Source of the DNA: Podarcis melisellensis
Taxonomy: Eukaryota
NCBI GenBank assembly: GCA_964234715.1
Contig: OZ174275.1
Length of the DNA stretch: 64,000 nt
Reading direction: 5' to 3' (one strand)
Under the pieces are notes generated by a model, which made no database searches, was not told the DNA's origin, and saw only the letters and a program-made list of their open reading frames with translations. The position numbers were made by a program, and so were the translations under genes. This document shows, in pieces, positions 36,001 to 48,089 of this stretch; the stretch's first letter is position 1, and the number at the start of each line of letters is the position of its first letter.

Positions 36001-39000
36001 TGTACATTGCGTGGTGTTGCTGTTTACACTGCAAGAGGGGCAACACCATTGCCTCTTTCAACGTAGTGGGCATAACTCAATGCCCTCGTATTAGATTTTA
36101 TCAGCTATGATGGGTGGGGTCAAAAGGACACATTGTTGATCTTACCACCACAATCCTGTCCACGTCCTTGGCTGAAACAACTGAATCCTACTAGGTATAA
36201 TTTGATGGTGGTCCAGAGACCTCCAATGGACCTGAACTAACTGTGGCATCACGTTTAGCACAGATCTGGGTGATTTTGCCCATAAAGTGGTTCACAAATC
36301 TCTTACAGCAGGCTACTGACTGGTGTTTTTTTGGGGTGGGGGGTGGGGTTGGTCAATGATAGCACTCTGGTCTGGACCAGCTGGTTTACCACTCTAAACA
36401 GTGAATTGCTGGGCAATTTACTGAGGATGTTACAGAGACAGAGTATTAGACCTCTGCAGGGAGGTTGAGTCATAGCCAATCCGAACCGCACTAGTGAATG
36501 ATATATCCATGACGGTGGGACAATATTCACCTACTGATTTTTCTCAGTGTGCTCTGTAGCAAAAGCCTAGGACATTATCTGTGGTATGCATTGGGTGCAT
36601 CATGTATTGAGACAGCTCCATGGTTGCCATGACTGCCAGGAAGTCCTGAAGTGGCCCACATAGGGCAGCATCAACATAGATACTGATGACCCTTAGAATT
36701 AATGTCTTGGGATTCTCCAACATTACCCCTCCACCATCTCAGTGAGGGAAGTTGTAGGGCTGCAAGGCAGATGGTACTCCATCTAGAACCCTGTTCTGTG
36801 TCTGGCTCCCAGCACCAAGTACAAACTATCACACCCAGGTCCCAGATGGTCTGGCCTTCTGGTGAGAATGATGGGATTCTTATGGATCACTGCCATGCTC
36901 CCTCCCTATCCCTCCAACCTTGATTGGCATGGCACTGAATAACCAGGCATGCAAAGCTAGGTAAAGTCAGCCCTACCTCCCCAGGTCTCTGTAATACACC
37001 AGATTGGGCACCTCACCCATGATCAAATAATGGATGAGAATTGTTTTATTAGACTGACCTGGCATTAAGTAATACTGGATGGGAGGGCAGGCCAGCATGC
37101 TACCCAAGTCTGTGTTGGGGGAAGGCTGAGCAAGGCAACAGGTGTCAAGCATCTACTCCATACTTTTCTATGACAATATTGCCTATTCCCTGTTCCATTC
37201 CTCCCACACCCCAGGTCCTTAGCGATAGCTGCTTCCTGAATCTTCCTCACCTTCTGTCTCTGCTAAAGGCACATAATGCTGTTGCTGTTTTTTTCCTCTG
37301 CCCCAAGGCCACTGTTGAACATCAGTGGGAGAGCTCAGTATCATAGTACCACCCACCGAGCATCCTGCGTATGTACCCTCTAATGGTTTCCATGTTCTCA
37401 CCAGATTGCCATTCCCCAGTAGTCTATCTCTCACCAAGAGGCTGGGTTAGGCACATACACATCTGACAATTTTTTTTTCCTGGCTCTTGCCCAGGAATCA
37501 ATCCAATCAGTAATCAAACATTTTGCAGGGTTAATGCAAAGGCTTGGACAAGCAAGTATTAGCATGATTATTCCTCAGGTTCTGTTCATGTCATCCCAGC
37601 TAGGATGGGCACACTGGATCAGGGTGGGTGGATATTAAGTACACATTAGATTAGCACTTAATGACTTGTAAACCTGCCAAAGGTTATAAACTGAGGAAAA
37701 AGTGTCTTAATACTGAAGGCCTACATTTTAATTTATTAAGGGCTTTCGACTTAAACAGCAGCGTTGAAGACTTAAAATACATGAATCAGAAAATGACTGC
37801 GCAATTACTGGGAATGCAGAAAGTAATGGAGTTGTCTGAGGAATCCTATCTGCAATTGACAGATGATATTGTAGAGCTGAGAGACAGACTGGCAAGGTAT
37901 TATTTTCTAAGTGTGTGTGTATATATACTCTCTCCTTTTCTTATTTTTGGAAGCACTGTTTGAAAGCATGTTATTATGACTGTGCTGCCAGTGTACAAAA
38001 AGGTCAACTCACAGATCCAATATCTTGAGTGGATCGCTTTAAGAGAAGTATTTAGATAGATTGGTGGGTGGGTAAGAAACAGGACCAACCTGACATAGCC
38101 TATTCTTCTGATCGGTACTCACATGTAGTTTAAAAGCCAACAAGGCTAGCCATTTTCCAAAGCAGTGCCTTTTCTGGCTTTATAAGTAGGCAGTATTAAT
38201 GTTCTATTTAGTTTGCAACCTGTTCCTATGCATGTTTAATAGGAGGTTTCTCCGAGTAGGTTCTGTGGGACTTTCCAGGCAAGTGACCACATTGGGAATT
38301 TTGTAAAGATGCTGTGGGGTGTGTAGCATAATACCAAATGGATGCTTTGGGAGTAAGGCTGCCACATCTAAAGGAGCAAAAAAATTAAAAAGAACACAAC
38401 CACAAAATGCTGCAGCCATGCTCCTCTCCCATTATCCCTTCCTCAGTGGTAGAAAAATACACCTGTATCAGCTGCCACTGTGCTCGCTCACAGAGAGAAG
38501 TTATTTTCACTTCTCCTCTGTTCAGAACAGATGTGAGGCTGGGTGTCCAATCCTGGCATCCAATGAAATGTGGGCATATTTGAAGGGCATTCAGGACAGT
38601 AGAGACTGAGCTAGTGTAAACAGGAACTGAGTGGGAACCTTATTGAGGCTTTTTGAAGCAATGTTTACCAAGACCTTCTGTGGGTGCTATACTGGCGGGA
38701 CAACCCTGATGTAACTTGTTGATTCATCTTTTTTTTTACTGCTTATGTGCCTTGTCCAGCTTAAGAGCTTTGTAAAGACTGTACTGAAATGTATATAACC
38801 TTTTTTTTAAGCATGCAGAAGCCTTTAGAAAACTACAAAAACATATGGCGTGAACTTGAAGACACCAAGAATAAAATGGCAAGCTTGCATGAAGAGAATG
38901 GTGTGATCCGTAAATGTGTCGCAAGTCTGGTATTTAACAGCTCATTTTTTACTGAGGTTGCTGCTTTGAGAGAGATAATGAATTCATTAGTAGTTGACAT

Positions 39001-42000
39001 TTTGACCCTAATATGTTCAGAACTTTATTTTATTTTTAAATGGTCTTGCCAATAATCTGAACATCATCAAGTATAAATTCAAAAAACGCTATTTTTCAAA
39101 CTCATGCATTGTTCACATGCACTTTGATCCTGATATCTGGAACTGGCTGCCAATGACTCCTGCTAGTTGTATGTTTTGCAGTAAACCCAAGTTTGCTGCC
39201 ATGTAATGAGTGAAATGACTGTGGGTTTGAATGTAGGGTGCTTCAAATGATTTGATGGTAATCTGGCCTTTTACCCACTGTCCATGAGCATCCATGTACT
39301 GGTGTTTTTATGGGTACTTTATTGTGCTTGAGAGCCAAGGCTTAAGAAACCAGATTGCAGAAAGGCCTTTGGACAAGCACGAGACCCTTACCATATAATT
39401 TATGGTGCCTTCAAACCCAGAAGCCAGCCATTGTGAGTGGCATTTTGAGCCCCTTACAATTGAAGCCAAGTGTTGTTCATTCTGGCTTACCCATTGTGCT
39501 TATACAACCACCAGACCAGCTGTCGGGGGCTACAGGGGCAGCTTCTGCTGTGGATAAAGTAAATGGGTCCAGACCCTTGCTTCAAGGCCACCAAGAGGGC
39601 AAATCTTAATACAGTGCCTAGCAAATTGTAGCATGCAGCTGTGAGACGTCACCGTTGCGGGTGGAGTGTGTGTGTCCTATGCTTCAGTGTGTACACACAG
39701 CCTGTGTAGCACTTTAATATACCTCTCACACACTCATGAAAACAGGGATTTTCTAATGAAACCAGTGGTAATAACAAAAGGGCTACCTTTTCTCAACCAG
39801 CCCTGTCCATGATTGGCTACATTGTCATTTTTCCAGCCTTAAAATGAATAGTGCAGACAGACCCATCCATTCCTTACCTCCACATAAGCTTTGTGTAAGC
39901 AAATGCTCAATAAGTAGTTTGTCTGGAAGGGCCCTGAGTCTCTCCACCCCTAATGCATTTTCATTCATTTTCATTTCTTAAAACAGAAAGAAAGCGTGAA
40001 GTCCCTTGGTATAAAACTTGTTTCACTAGAGGAGGTAAGTTTTTTTTTTGGTAGCCATAAAATTTGCCCATGGGGCATATGTACAAAGCTCCTTGCATCG
40101 AGTCAGACAAATGGTCTATCTAGCTTGCCATTGTCTGCAGTGACTGGTAGCAGCTCTCCAGGTTTCTGACAGAGGTCTTTCACTGGGAGATGCCAGGGAT
40201 TGAAGCAGATACTCTGCCACAAATCTATGACACTTCTGAACAAACATCTAATATTAAAGGGGGTGGGGACTAAAGGGAGGACTACGATTTTGTTTATTGA
40301 GTATGCTATAATCTTGTTTCAAACATCTCTTTTGCCTGGTGTTTGATTTTTATCAACATATTGCTTTTGTCTTGTTGGATCAATATCTCATATTTGTTTT
40401 GAAGACTACTCACATCTTCACTTCTTTTCAGTTGGTGATTACAGTGCTAGTGAGTTAACCACCTAGGGCAGGGGTCTGCAACCTTTAAGACAAAAAGAGC
40501 CACTTGGACCCGTTTCCGAAGGGAAAAAAAACTGGGAGCCGCAAAACTCGTCATTATAAAAATAACTTTTTTGTCACTTTTTTATTATTTCTTTGTTTGA
40601 CCCCTCAGAATTACTCCTCCTCATAGAAATAAACGTTAAATTAACAAGTTACCTTTTTGTGTGTGTGTGTTCTTCACTCCCCTTCAAAACAGTGACCAGC
40701 GTACATGCCCCCTTTCAATGCAGTGATCAGCGTACATGCCCCTTACAATGTAGCGGGCGGGCGGGAAGGTGACTTCGGGACGGTGCATGACTAACGCACG
40801 CACCGCCCCATGCGACGTCACAGCCAGTACAGCGCCCGCCACAGTGGGGAGTGTCGGGGTGCACAATGCGCCTCCTCCCCTCGCTAGTATCCGCCCCAGA
40901 GCCGCGGCAAAGGTGTAAAAGAGCCACATGCGGCTCCGGAGCCGCGGGTTGCAGACCCCTGACCTAGGGGAAAAAACTGGTTGGCCTGAAGAGATTATCT
41001 TAACCATGCTGCTGATTTAAGTGTTTCTTTTTCAGATGCCTTCTTTGTAAATTCTGTAGTCTGCAGCTGAATGAAATTTAATCTGCCATAAATAAACAAT
41101 ACTTCTAGAGTATGCAATATAACATGAACCATCTCATGGGGGATTGCAACTGAATTCTCTGTTAGAAACAAGAAATCCATTTACATGTGTCTGCATCCTT
41201 TGTATTGTGAAGAATATACACATTAACATATAATCGTTTTGGTAATTTTCACTAATCTATCTCTTTGGCATTAGAATGCAAAAGCCCATGAAGAAAGAAA
41301 TACTTCTGTGTTTGAAGCATTATTGTTTCTGCATTCAAGGGAACACTTTGAGAATTTTTTACAGGAAATAGTCTCTCAGAAGGATAGCATGAGCATGTTT
41401 CAAGCCCTGATGGAAGAAATTGTAAGTAGTTCTATTACTGAATGTTTATTCTGGTGTTTCATTTGTGGAGACTGTCAAGCAGTAAAAATGTTCAAACTCC
41501 CACCTCCTCTGCCTAACTAGGCTCAAATCTTTAATTTCTCATTCACCTCTTTTCTTAAAGGGCAGAATAATAAAGGGATTATAAATATAGAACAGGCTTC
41601 CTCAAACTCGGCCCTCCAGATGTTTTGAGACTACAGTTCACATCATCCCTGACCACTGGTCCTGCTAGCTAGGGATCATGGGAGTTGTAGGCCAAAAACA
41701 TCTGGAGCGCCAAGTTTGAGAAAGCCTGATATAGAATGTGTGTATGTCACAGTGGACTTCCAGGTAGGAGTTTATTGTAGGATTGGTGTTTTTCATGGAC
41801 GTAGGTTTTTCACAGCATTCACTCAACATCATTGACATCAAAATGTCAATTTATTCATTCCTCCTGCCCTTTAATCTGGATTTGCACTTCCTATGGAAAA
41901 TCTTGTTACCAAGAATCTATTTGCAATATCTGAACAAACTATTTGCAGTATGAAGCCCCATCTGGAAGCAACCACGGTGATGTCTGTATTGAATCAAGAT

Positions 42001-45000
42001 TTGCCTTGAATGTAAAGCAAACAAATACATTATATTTGTACAAAAATAATAAATGTGAACTAGATAATGTGTCAGAAGAGGGCAGTATTCAATTATACAA
42101 TCAGAGTAGAAGCTAGTTAAGTAAAAGGTATGTGCCTTTTTGGTTATTTTCTAAGACTTTAACCTTATGGGATTGTAAAGTCTAATTTTATGACCTGTAG
42201 TTCTGATTAAACCTAGGCTGCACTTGGTCTTACAGTTATTCATGAGTCTTGTTACAGCTGATAAATTATAATCACAGGACTGAGGACTCTATAATATGTT
42301 TCAACACCTGAAAGCATCTTTTGTTCTGTAGTTTTCCCTCTTCAAACATCTATATCCTTATCTTTCTAGGAGCTGAAACAGAAAATGGATCACTCACTAG
42401 TAACTGTATTACAGACATTGGCCAACTTATGCCCATTCATTGAAACTTGGAACAAAGTCGTAAAAAGATTAGAAACTTTTCTGGAAGGGCCACAACTTTG
42501 GATGAAATCACCTTGGTATGTTTTGTTTTTCCTTAAATAAAGAGGCAGCAATCTTAAGCATACTTAACTTGGAAGTAAATCCTTCTGACATTAAATGGAC
42601 TTGCTTCAGGGTAACATAGATGAGCCTTGGCTGCCAGATTTTTGTACAGGAGCAAACAATGACACAATCAACAAGAGTTCAGCTGCAAAGTGAAAAAAAC
42701 ATTTTTGAGGCCAAATTGTGAGTGGGATGTTTGTCATGAGCTGACTGTAAATTGTCTTTTTGTGTTGGAAAATCCAATTGTGTGACTCCACCCGAAATGA
42801 AGTATTGGGGGGGGGGGGGAATCCTTAAATCTCTCATGTTAATCTCCACTCCCTCTTTGATTGTCAAAGCTTGAACTTTTGTTCTGTCCTACATACATAT
42901 CTAGCAGACAACCAGATGTCACCTAGTAGACAGTTTTTAGAAGGCAAGTGGCAGGAGGCAGTTGTGGATGCCAAGGATAATATCACTTGGGTGTGCCACA
43001 AGGTTGCCAAAATTGCTCAGGTGGAGATTTGTAGGGTTGCTGTTGTTGACATCTGCCTGTCTCAAGGGAAAATGGAGTGCGCCTCTGGGGGTGAAGTCAA
43101 TTTGCTACATTAGCAGCACCAAAGTGACCTCCCTGGGATGCAAGTCTGAGCAGTGTGTTTGGAGGTCCCCTCTGGAATGGTAAAATCTGGGACATTTGAA
43201 AGGCACAGGAACTAAGCTTCCTTCAGAACCAGAAGAGCACCTCAGGATGATTTGCAAGGGGGGGGGGACACAGGGCTAAAGTTAACTAAAGAGAATCCCT
43301 GAATGAGGGCAAGATTGGTAATTCTCTTGGGGGATTGTGGGACTTATGGTAAGAAAATCATCCCGGAAGCTGTAAAAAGGGAGGGTCATCAGAAGTAGTT
43401 AGGGTTTCATCCATTTAATCCTAGCCATTTCTACCAAGAAGTAAGTCCTCCTGAATTCAATGGGGCTTCCTGCTAGGTAAGCAGTTAGGATTGTAGCCCT
43501 AGTTGTTCATTTTGAACAGGAAGTCACATATTTACATTATATTGCATTTATAGAACATAAAAAATAAATGGAAAAACTATATCTAATGTAAGTTAGCCTG
43601 AGTGGAAGCCAGAGGGTTTCGGGTGGTTGTTTTTTTAGTGTTTGAAGGCTATGATTTAGCCAAAATGGCATTTAACTCACTCCAGTTTCTCTAAGGCTTA
43701 GATAAATGTCAGCTATTTATAACTCCTAAATTTCAAAATAAAACATAATACTGTTTTAAAGATTTCAAGGCACATCTTTGCTTAGCGGTGTTTGTTTCTT
43801 TTTTAAAAAAAATAATTTAACCTTGTGGTACCTAACAAAAATAGGAAGGGGAAAGGACACTAACAATAGTGAAAAGATAAATCCTGCCATCCGGGAACAT
43901 CTAATCTCATGTATACATTTCACTTTCTTTAGTGGGATTGTGTTATTATCTGTGTTATGGTTTAGTTAGTGTTTAGAGAGTCTTGCATCTTTGTTTAGCG
44001 CTGGGCAAAATAAAATGGGAAAGTGAATCCTTGTTCTAAATATAACCAGGAGGCGAGTTAATAAATCAAGGTTGAATGGAGTGCACAGCCCACAGTATGA
44101 AAAGGCCATGTTTTTAAATGAGGAATTCCTTCTGTGCAAAGAATAGTCATGTGCCCATTGGAATTCCCACAGCACTAAGACAAGGCAACTCTCTTGGCTG
44201 GAAAACATAATGGCAATATTGGTTCAGAAGCCAATGGTATCTCAACTGAATATGGGTAGCTGGCAGGTTTTATTAAATATACATAAGGAAACAACAACAA
44301 CAAAAATCCTAATCTTTATTGGCCCCCCTTTATTTTATAGCCTTAATGTTGAACTTCATGAGGAGGAGGAATTGGGTGAAACAAATGAACAATTGGAACA
44401 AAGCACACTTGAAGCAGAGTTTCAAGCTTCCACAAACTATATGATGAATTGTGACAGTTGCTGCTTTGAGAACGCGAACATCAGAACTTCCAAAAAGTAC
44501 CATGGAGCCAATCTAAGCAAAAAAGCTTTGCAAAATGTAAATGCAATCACTTTCAGCAGCCAAACGTTAACACAAACTCCAGAAAAAGACCAAATATTGG
44601 TACAATGTCAGATCTGGAAAAAATTGTTAGGAGGGAAAAAATGGTGGAATCCAGAAGGAAGGCTGGAAGCCATTTTGGAACTTTCTAAGACACTGGCAAA
44701 TGACAAGAATACTGTGTTAGATGAAAAAAAAGAATCATGTAAAGAGGAACATAAAATTCAGCCAGAACAGAAGGGAAACCTAGCTGCAGCTATAAAACTG
44801 AAAGAACTGGTTCTTAGAATTCCCAAAGATCTCTGTGAAGGTGTATCAGAAAGCAATGTGACAATTCTATACGCCCAACAGATGATAAAAGCACTTCAGC
44901 TGTGGATTTCTGAAGGGGAAGGAAACTTTCTGTTTCAGGAAAACTCAAAAGAAACAAAGGAGAATTTTCAAATGGATGAAAGGATGCCAAACTTCACTCA

Positions 45001-47408
45001 GGTAGTGTATGGAATGCAAAACTTAATATAATTTGAAGCTCAATGAGCATTATAATAGCTCATTTCTGTTGCCTTCATAGGAAGATTTCCCTGCTTCAGT
45101 GCACTTTATTTTCCAAGCTTCAGTTAACGAGCAGCATGCATGCTGTACTCATTTAACTTATTTAAGATTTTAAAAATCTGTACCCATAGACTATCTATAA
45201 TAGCTAAACAATTTTATTAAAATAGGTGACTACATGAGGGTCCTGAAAGCAACTCTGAAGCTATTTTGAGCACATAGAAGGCAAAAGCAGCCAAAGCGTG
45301 GGAATAATATCCAGTGTTAATCAGAGTAGACCTGCTACTACTACTACTAATAATTTAATTATTTATACCCCCAACATTTGAGAGCCAAAACACATGCACA
45401 TATGAGCACAGCTTCATGGGATAGAGCTGGATAGCTCAGTTGGTTACAGCATGGTGCTGATAATGCCAAGCTTGCAGGTTTGATCCTGGGACAACTGCAT
45501 ATTCCTGTATTGTAGGGAGTTGGACTAGATGATCCTCAGGGGTCCCCTCCAAATATACAATTCTATGATCAATAGGAGTTCAGAAGATTATGGGAGAGAG
45601 GGACCAAAAAGGTCATGTGTGTTGTGTGAAGACATCCCCACCACATCTCTAATGGGAACAACACAGTGATTTGACCTTGCTGTGTTTTAAGCTGCTAATG
45701 TGAACATACAGTTTACTTCTTTTCAGACACTATATGAAAAGAGAAACAGGGATCAAGCTGAAGCATGCCCAGCCTCCTCACATTAATTGTAGGGGTAGAG
45801 AGCACTGTCTACACATTTAGGAGTTCTCTGCAGGGTTTGGGCAGGAAGGGGTTGATGGAGCCCAAAGGATTTGTTTAAACTTCCTTCATTGTCCATGGTA
45901 AAGCGTGCCAGTTGGAGATTACTCAGGAGGGCTGCACAGAGCTAATGCTTGGAAGATGGCACCAACATGCCTCTTGCAGATTAATATTACAGACATTTTA
46001 GATAGGGAGCATTTCTTTTTCATGGTTTTGGTTGGGCTTCTTTTCATAGTCAGAGCATATGTTTTCTCATCTCTACAGGGATAATGCAGCTTTTAATATT
46101 CAGAACTAAAATATTGTGTTTATTCAGTCTGCAGAACCAACAAAGTGTGAGGACTTCAATCACAGCAGTGACAGCATAACATTTGTTGGCATGAAAAATG
46201 AGCTACACCATTGTTTTTCAATGGCTCATCAATGTTCAGCACATCAAGAAGACAACAATAAAATGAGTGGTAGGAGAAAACATTCCCTAGAAAACGCTAA
46301 ACAGAGTGCTGTTTCCTCTCTCCCACTATGCAATTTGGCTAATAAACCTGGAAGTGTGTTATGAAATTGACTTTAATTATTCAGCAAACATTGTATCCTA
46401 TATACCAAACAGAAATAAATGACATTTCTCCTTAGGGTTTCTCCAGACCTGCTATTCAGCATTCGTCTTGATGTGCTTGCTTAGAGCTTAAGTGTTAGTC
46501 TGTGTCTTTACTGAGCATTCATTCTGATTTGCTTATGGGATAGATATACAACAATGAGCATCCGTCCTGATACGTTTGCAGTGAGGGTACACGTGTTCCC
46601 ATTGATAATTTGTTCTTCCCAGACTTTTCAGTGAATGTCCCTGTCACTTTCCTAACCGCAAAAGAGGGGATTTATTGTGCTAGGGTGACAGAGCATTTCA
46701 ATCCTCTTTAATTGCACCAACCTTTATTTCCAATTTGTTCCTGAATCCCTCCTGCAAAATAGTGAGATTTGCCCCATTAATTTTTTTTGCCAGCAGCACA
46801 CAGTTAAGACTGTCACTCGGTTTCATGTTTTTTCTCCTGCCAACCGGACGATCTCACCCTCTCATTACTTTAACTGATGTCGTTATGTTTTAATTTACCC
46901 ATCCCAACTACTCAGGTATTTGCCATTGGACTTGCGGGCAACTGCCAGCTTCCTATCCTCCCCCCACCTTTAAAAGTCTATCAGATATAGAGGATTCAAA
47001 GTTGCAGTTTTTGTTAGCAAATTTATTTGTATGCAGCATCTCCATGAGCATCATTCCTGATTATTTAAATTTCAGTTGTTGAGTAGGAAGATAAGTTAAA
47101 CTGTTGCTAGGTATAATCAGACTGAATTGCCTGGAGTTGTTCTGATGGGTTATGGTTGCCAGGCTATTGTTGCCTGAGATAGAGAAAAACATATGCCACA
47201 TCTATACGCTTGAATGAGGATGTTCAAGGCAAGGATGGCACTGTTTCTGCAAAGTTTCATTTTTTCCCTAGCATTTCTTGTGTGGTTCAACTGTATCATT
47301 TTAATAAGTATCTAATAGTACTTCTCTGTTCTCTTTGTACGAGCAGATGAAAAATACTCTGAAATGGAAAAACCTGCATTGGTAATGAAAAACAGAAAAC
47401 CCAGCAAG
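32926..47408 (+). CDS. KASH5/long-LRMP-like EF-hand plus coiled-coil protein (predicted 12-exon model, at least 626 codons); separate gene or upstream module of IRAG1
   Basis: join(32926-33001,33186-33366,34922-34983,35883-35961,37741-37896,38812-38929,39987-40034,41275-41421,42370-42515,44341-45001,46128-46269,47347-47408); all AG/GT, phases compatible, no stops; N-terminal half aligns by eye with recalled KASH5. Confidence 0.8.
33186..33366 (+). CDS. KASH5-like exon B (EF-hand pair core)
   Basis: GVPAYAFIKYLEDMTGHSLENGKLLMLYNMLDPKRQNVLVDRETFHETMKEWIAICCQD, donor gtaagt; cf. KASH5 YLEAVTG...NSLDP...VDLDTFLVVMRDWIAAC. Confidence 0.9.
34922..34983 (+). CDS. KASH5-like exon C (linker)
   Basis: Poly-T acceptor aacctag|, MSETEVDKFTTTTNRNLHCN, donor gtgagt; supplies the required phase 2 to 1 bridge. 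Confidence 0.72.
35116..35341. mobile_element. Tc1/mariner (Tigger-like) MITE
   Basis: TIRs ctgtggtacctcgggtta / taacccgaggtaccactg followed by TA; internal ggttaagaac repeats. Confidence 0.85.
35883..35961 (+). CDS. KASH5-like exon D (acidic linker)
   Basis: ccccttgaacag|, MMSFLSDEDADIYEGRPGDSEMDIS, |gtaatg; phase 1 to 2. Confidence 0.7.
37741..37896 (+). CDS. KASH5-like exon E (coiled-coil start)
   Basis: AFDLNSSVEDLKYMNQKMTAQLLGMQKVMELSEESYLQLTDDIVELRDRLA; cf. KASH5 ADLLSSLEDLELSNRRL...QRSMETAEE...EEILALRKQL. Confidence 0.87.
38812..38929 (+). CDS. KASH5-like exon F (coiled coil)
   Basis: MQKPLENYKNIWRELEDTKNKMASLHEENGVIRKCVASL; cf. KASH5 QQALQFAKAMDEELEDLKTLARSLEEQN. Confidence 0.83.
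39987..40034 (+). CDS. KASH5-like exon G (coiled coil)
   Basis: aaacag| KESVKSLGIKLVSLEE |gtaagt; phase 0-0; cf. KASH5 EKEQQHLVAEMETLQEE. Confidence 0.8.
40469..40961. mobile_element. Non-autonomous hAT (Charlie-like) transposon
   Basis: Perfect 15-bp TIRs caggggtctgcaacc / ggttgcagacccctg; perfect 8-bp TSD ACCTAGGG at 40461-40468 and 40962-40969. Confidence 0.92.
41275..41421 (+). CDS. KASH5-like exon H
   Basis: ttag| NAKAHEERNTSVFEALLFLHSREHFENFLQEIVSQKDSMSMFQALMEEI |gtaagt; cf. KASH5 NGKLLAER. Confidence 0.7.
41593..41728. mobile_element. Palindromic hAT-type MITE
   Basis: TIRs caggcttcctcaaact / agtttgagaaagcctg; perfect 8-bp TSD ATATAGAA. Confidence 0.9.
42370..42515 (+). CDS. KASH5-like exon I
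   Basis: tctttctag| ELKQKMDHSLVTVLQTLANLCPFIETWNKVVKRLETFLEGPQLWMKSP |gtatgt; phase 0 to 2. Confidence 0.68.
44341..45001 (+). CDS. KASH5-like exon J (large 661-nt exon, E/K-rich)
   Basis: Inside the longest ORF of the window (44210-45031); ttttatag| LNVELHEEEE...ERMPNFTQ |gtagtg; phase 2 to 0. Confidence 0.72.
45423..45569 (+). mobile_element. tRNA-derived SINE with CR1-like 3' tail
   Basis: gatagctcagttggttacagcatggtgctgataatgccaag...ggactagatgatcctcaggggtcccctccaa...attctatgat. Confidence 0.8.
46128..46364 (+). CDS. KASH5-like exon K (internal donor after 46269, or terminal with TGA at 46362-46364)
   Basis: tattcag| SAEPTKCEDFNHSSDS... in phase 0; donor gtagga at 46270; alternatively reads to a stop with AATAAA at 46414-46419. 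Confidence 0.5.
   Translation, partial: SAEPTKCEDFNHSSDSITFVGMKNELHHCFSMAHQCSAHQEDNNKMSGRRKHSLENAKQSAVSSLPLCNLANKPGSVL
47347..47408 (+). CDS. KASH5-like exon L
   Basis: Pyrimidine tract then gagcag|, EKYSEMEKPALVMKNRKPSK, AAG|gtaagg; phase 1 to 0. Confidence 0.55.
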
Positions 47409-47953
47409 GTAAGGAAATGAGATTATAAGAACCTTTGGTATTTTATATTTGAAATTAAGCTATATTCATGTAGGCAATTTTTCATGTAGGAGTTGTTTCC
47501 TCTAATGGAACAACCTGCATTTCCAGGCAAACTGGGGTTACAGCATCATACCTCATTCATTTCCTGGTGTAGTGGTTTTTAATTTCTTGGTATCGATAGT
47601 GAACAGGTATTCGTTCATTCCTAGACTGAAACTAATTTCTACAAAGCAATAACAACTATATTCATGACTTTCGTAGTGGGATCTTGAACTACATCATGAT
47701 AAGCAAGCAGGTCTGGCTCTAGTAAGTAGAGACTGCCTGGCAACCCTATTGTGCTCTGTGGGTAAAGCTGGGTACAGATGGAATAAACTGGAATAAAGTA
47801 ACAGATTCTCCAAGCTTTATTGCCTTGATAGGTTTTTGTTGGCAATGGGTGGTTTGCAGAAATTACAAGTGTATAGGTATTGACAAAATGGGAATATGTG
47901 TCTTTGGAAAAGAAAATATAATAGAACTCTTGGTGCTTGGGAACCATTTCAAT

Positions 47954-48089
47954 CATGGGCGTAGCCAGGATTTTTGTTGGGGGACGCAGGCATTTTGGGG
48001 GGGCAGAATCTCAGCTATGTATTTTTATTGATTTTTATTGGTTTAGGTGGCCAGCTGCCCCTCCCTGCCCCCCCCCGGCTATGCCCATG
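47954..48089. mobile_element. hAT-type MITE
   Basis: TIRs catgggcgtagcc / ggctatgcccatg; degenerate 8-bp TSD atttcaat / attgcaac. Confidence 0.75.

Noticed and set aside
36100-37450. GC-richer stretch with short ORFs, possibly an old retroelement
   Set aside because: No motifs, TIRs, LTRs or TSDs that I could identify.
45423-45500. tRNA-like sequence
   Set aside because: It is the head of a SINE and continues into a CR1-like tail; not a tRNA gene.
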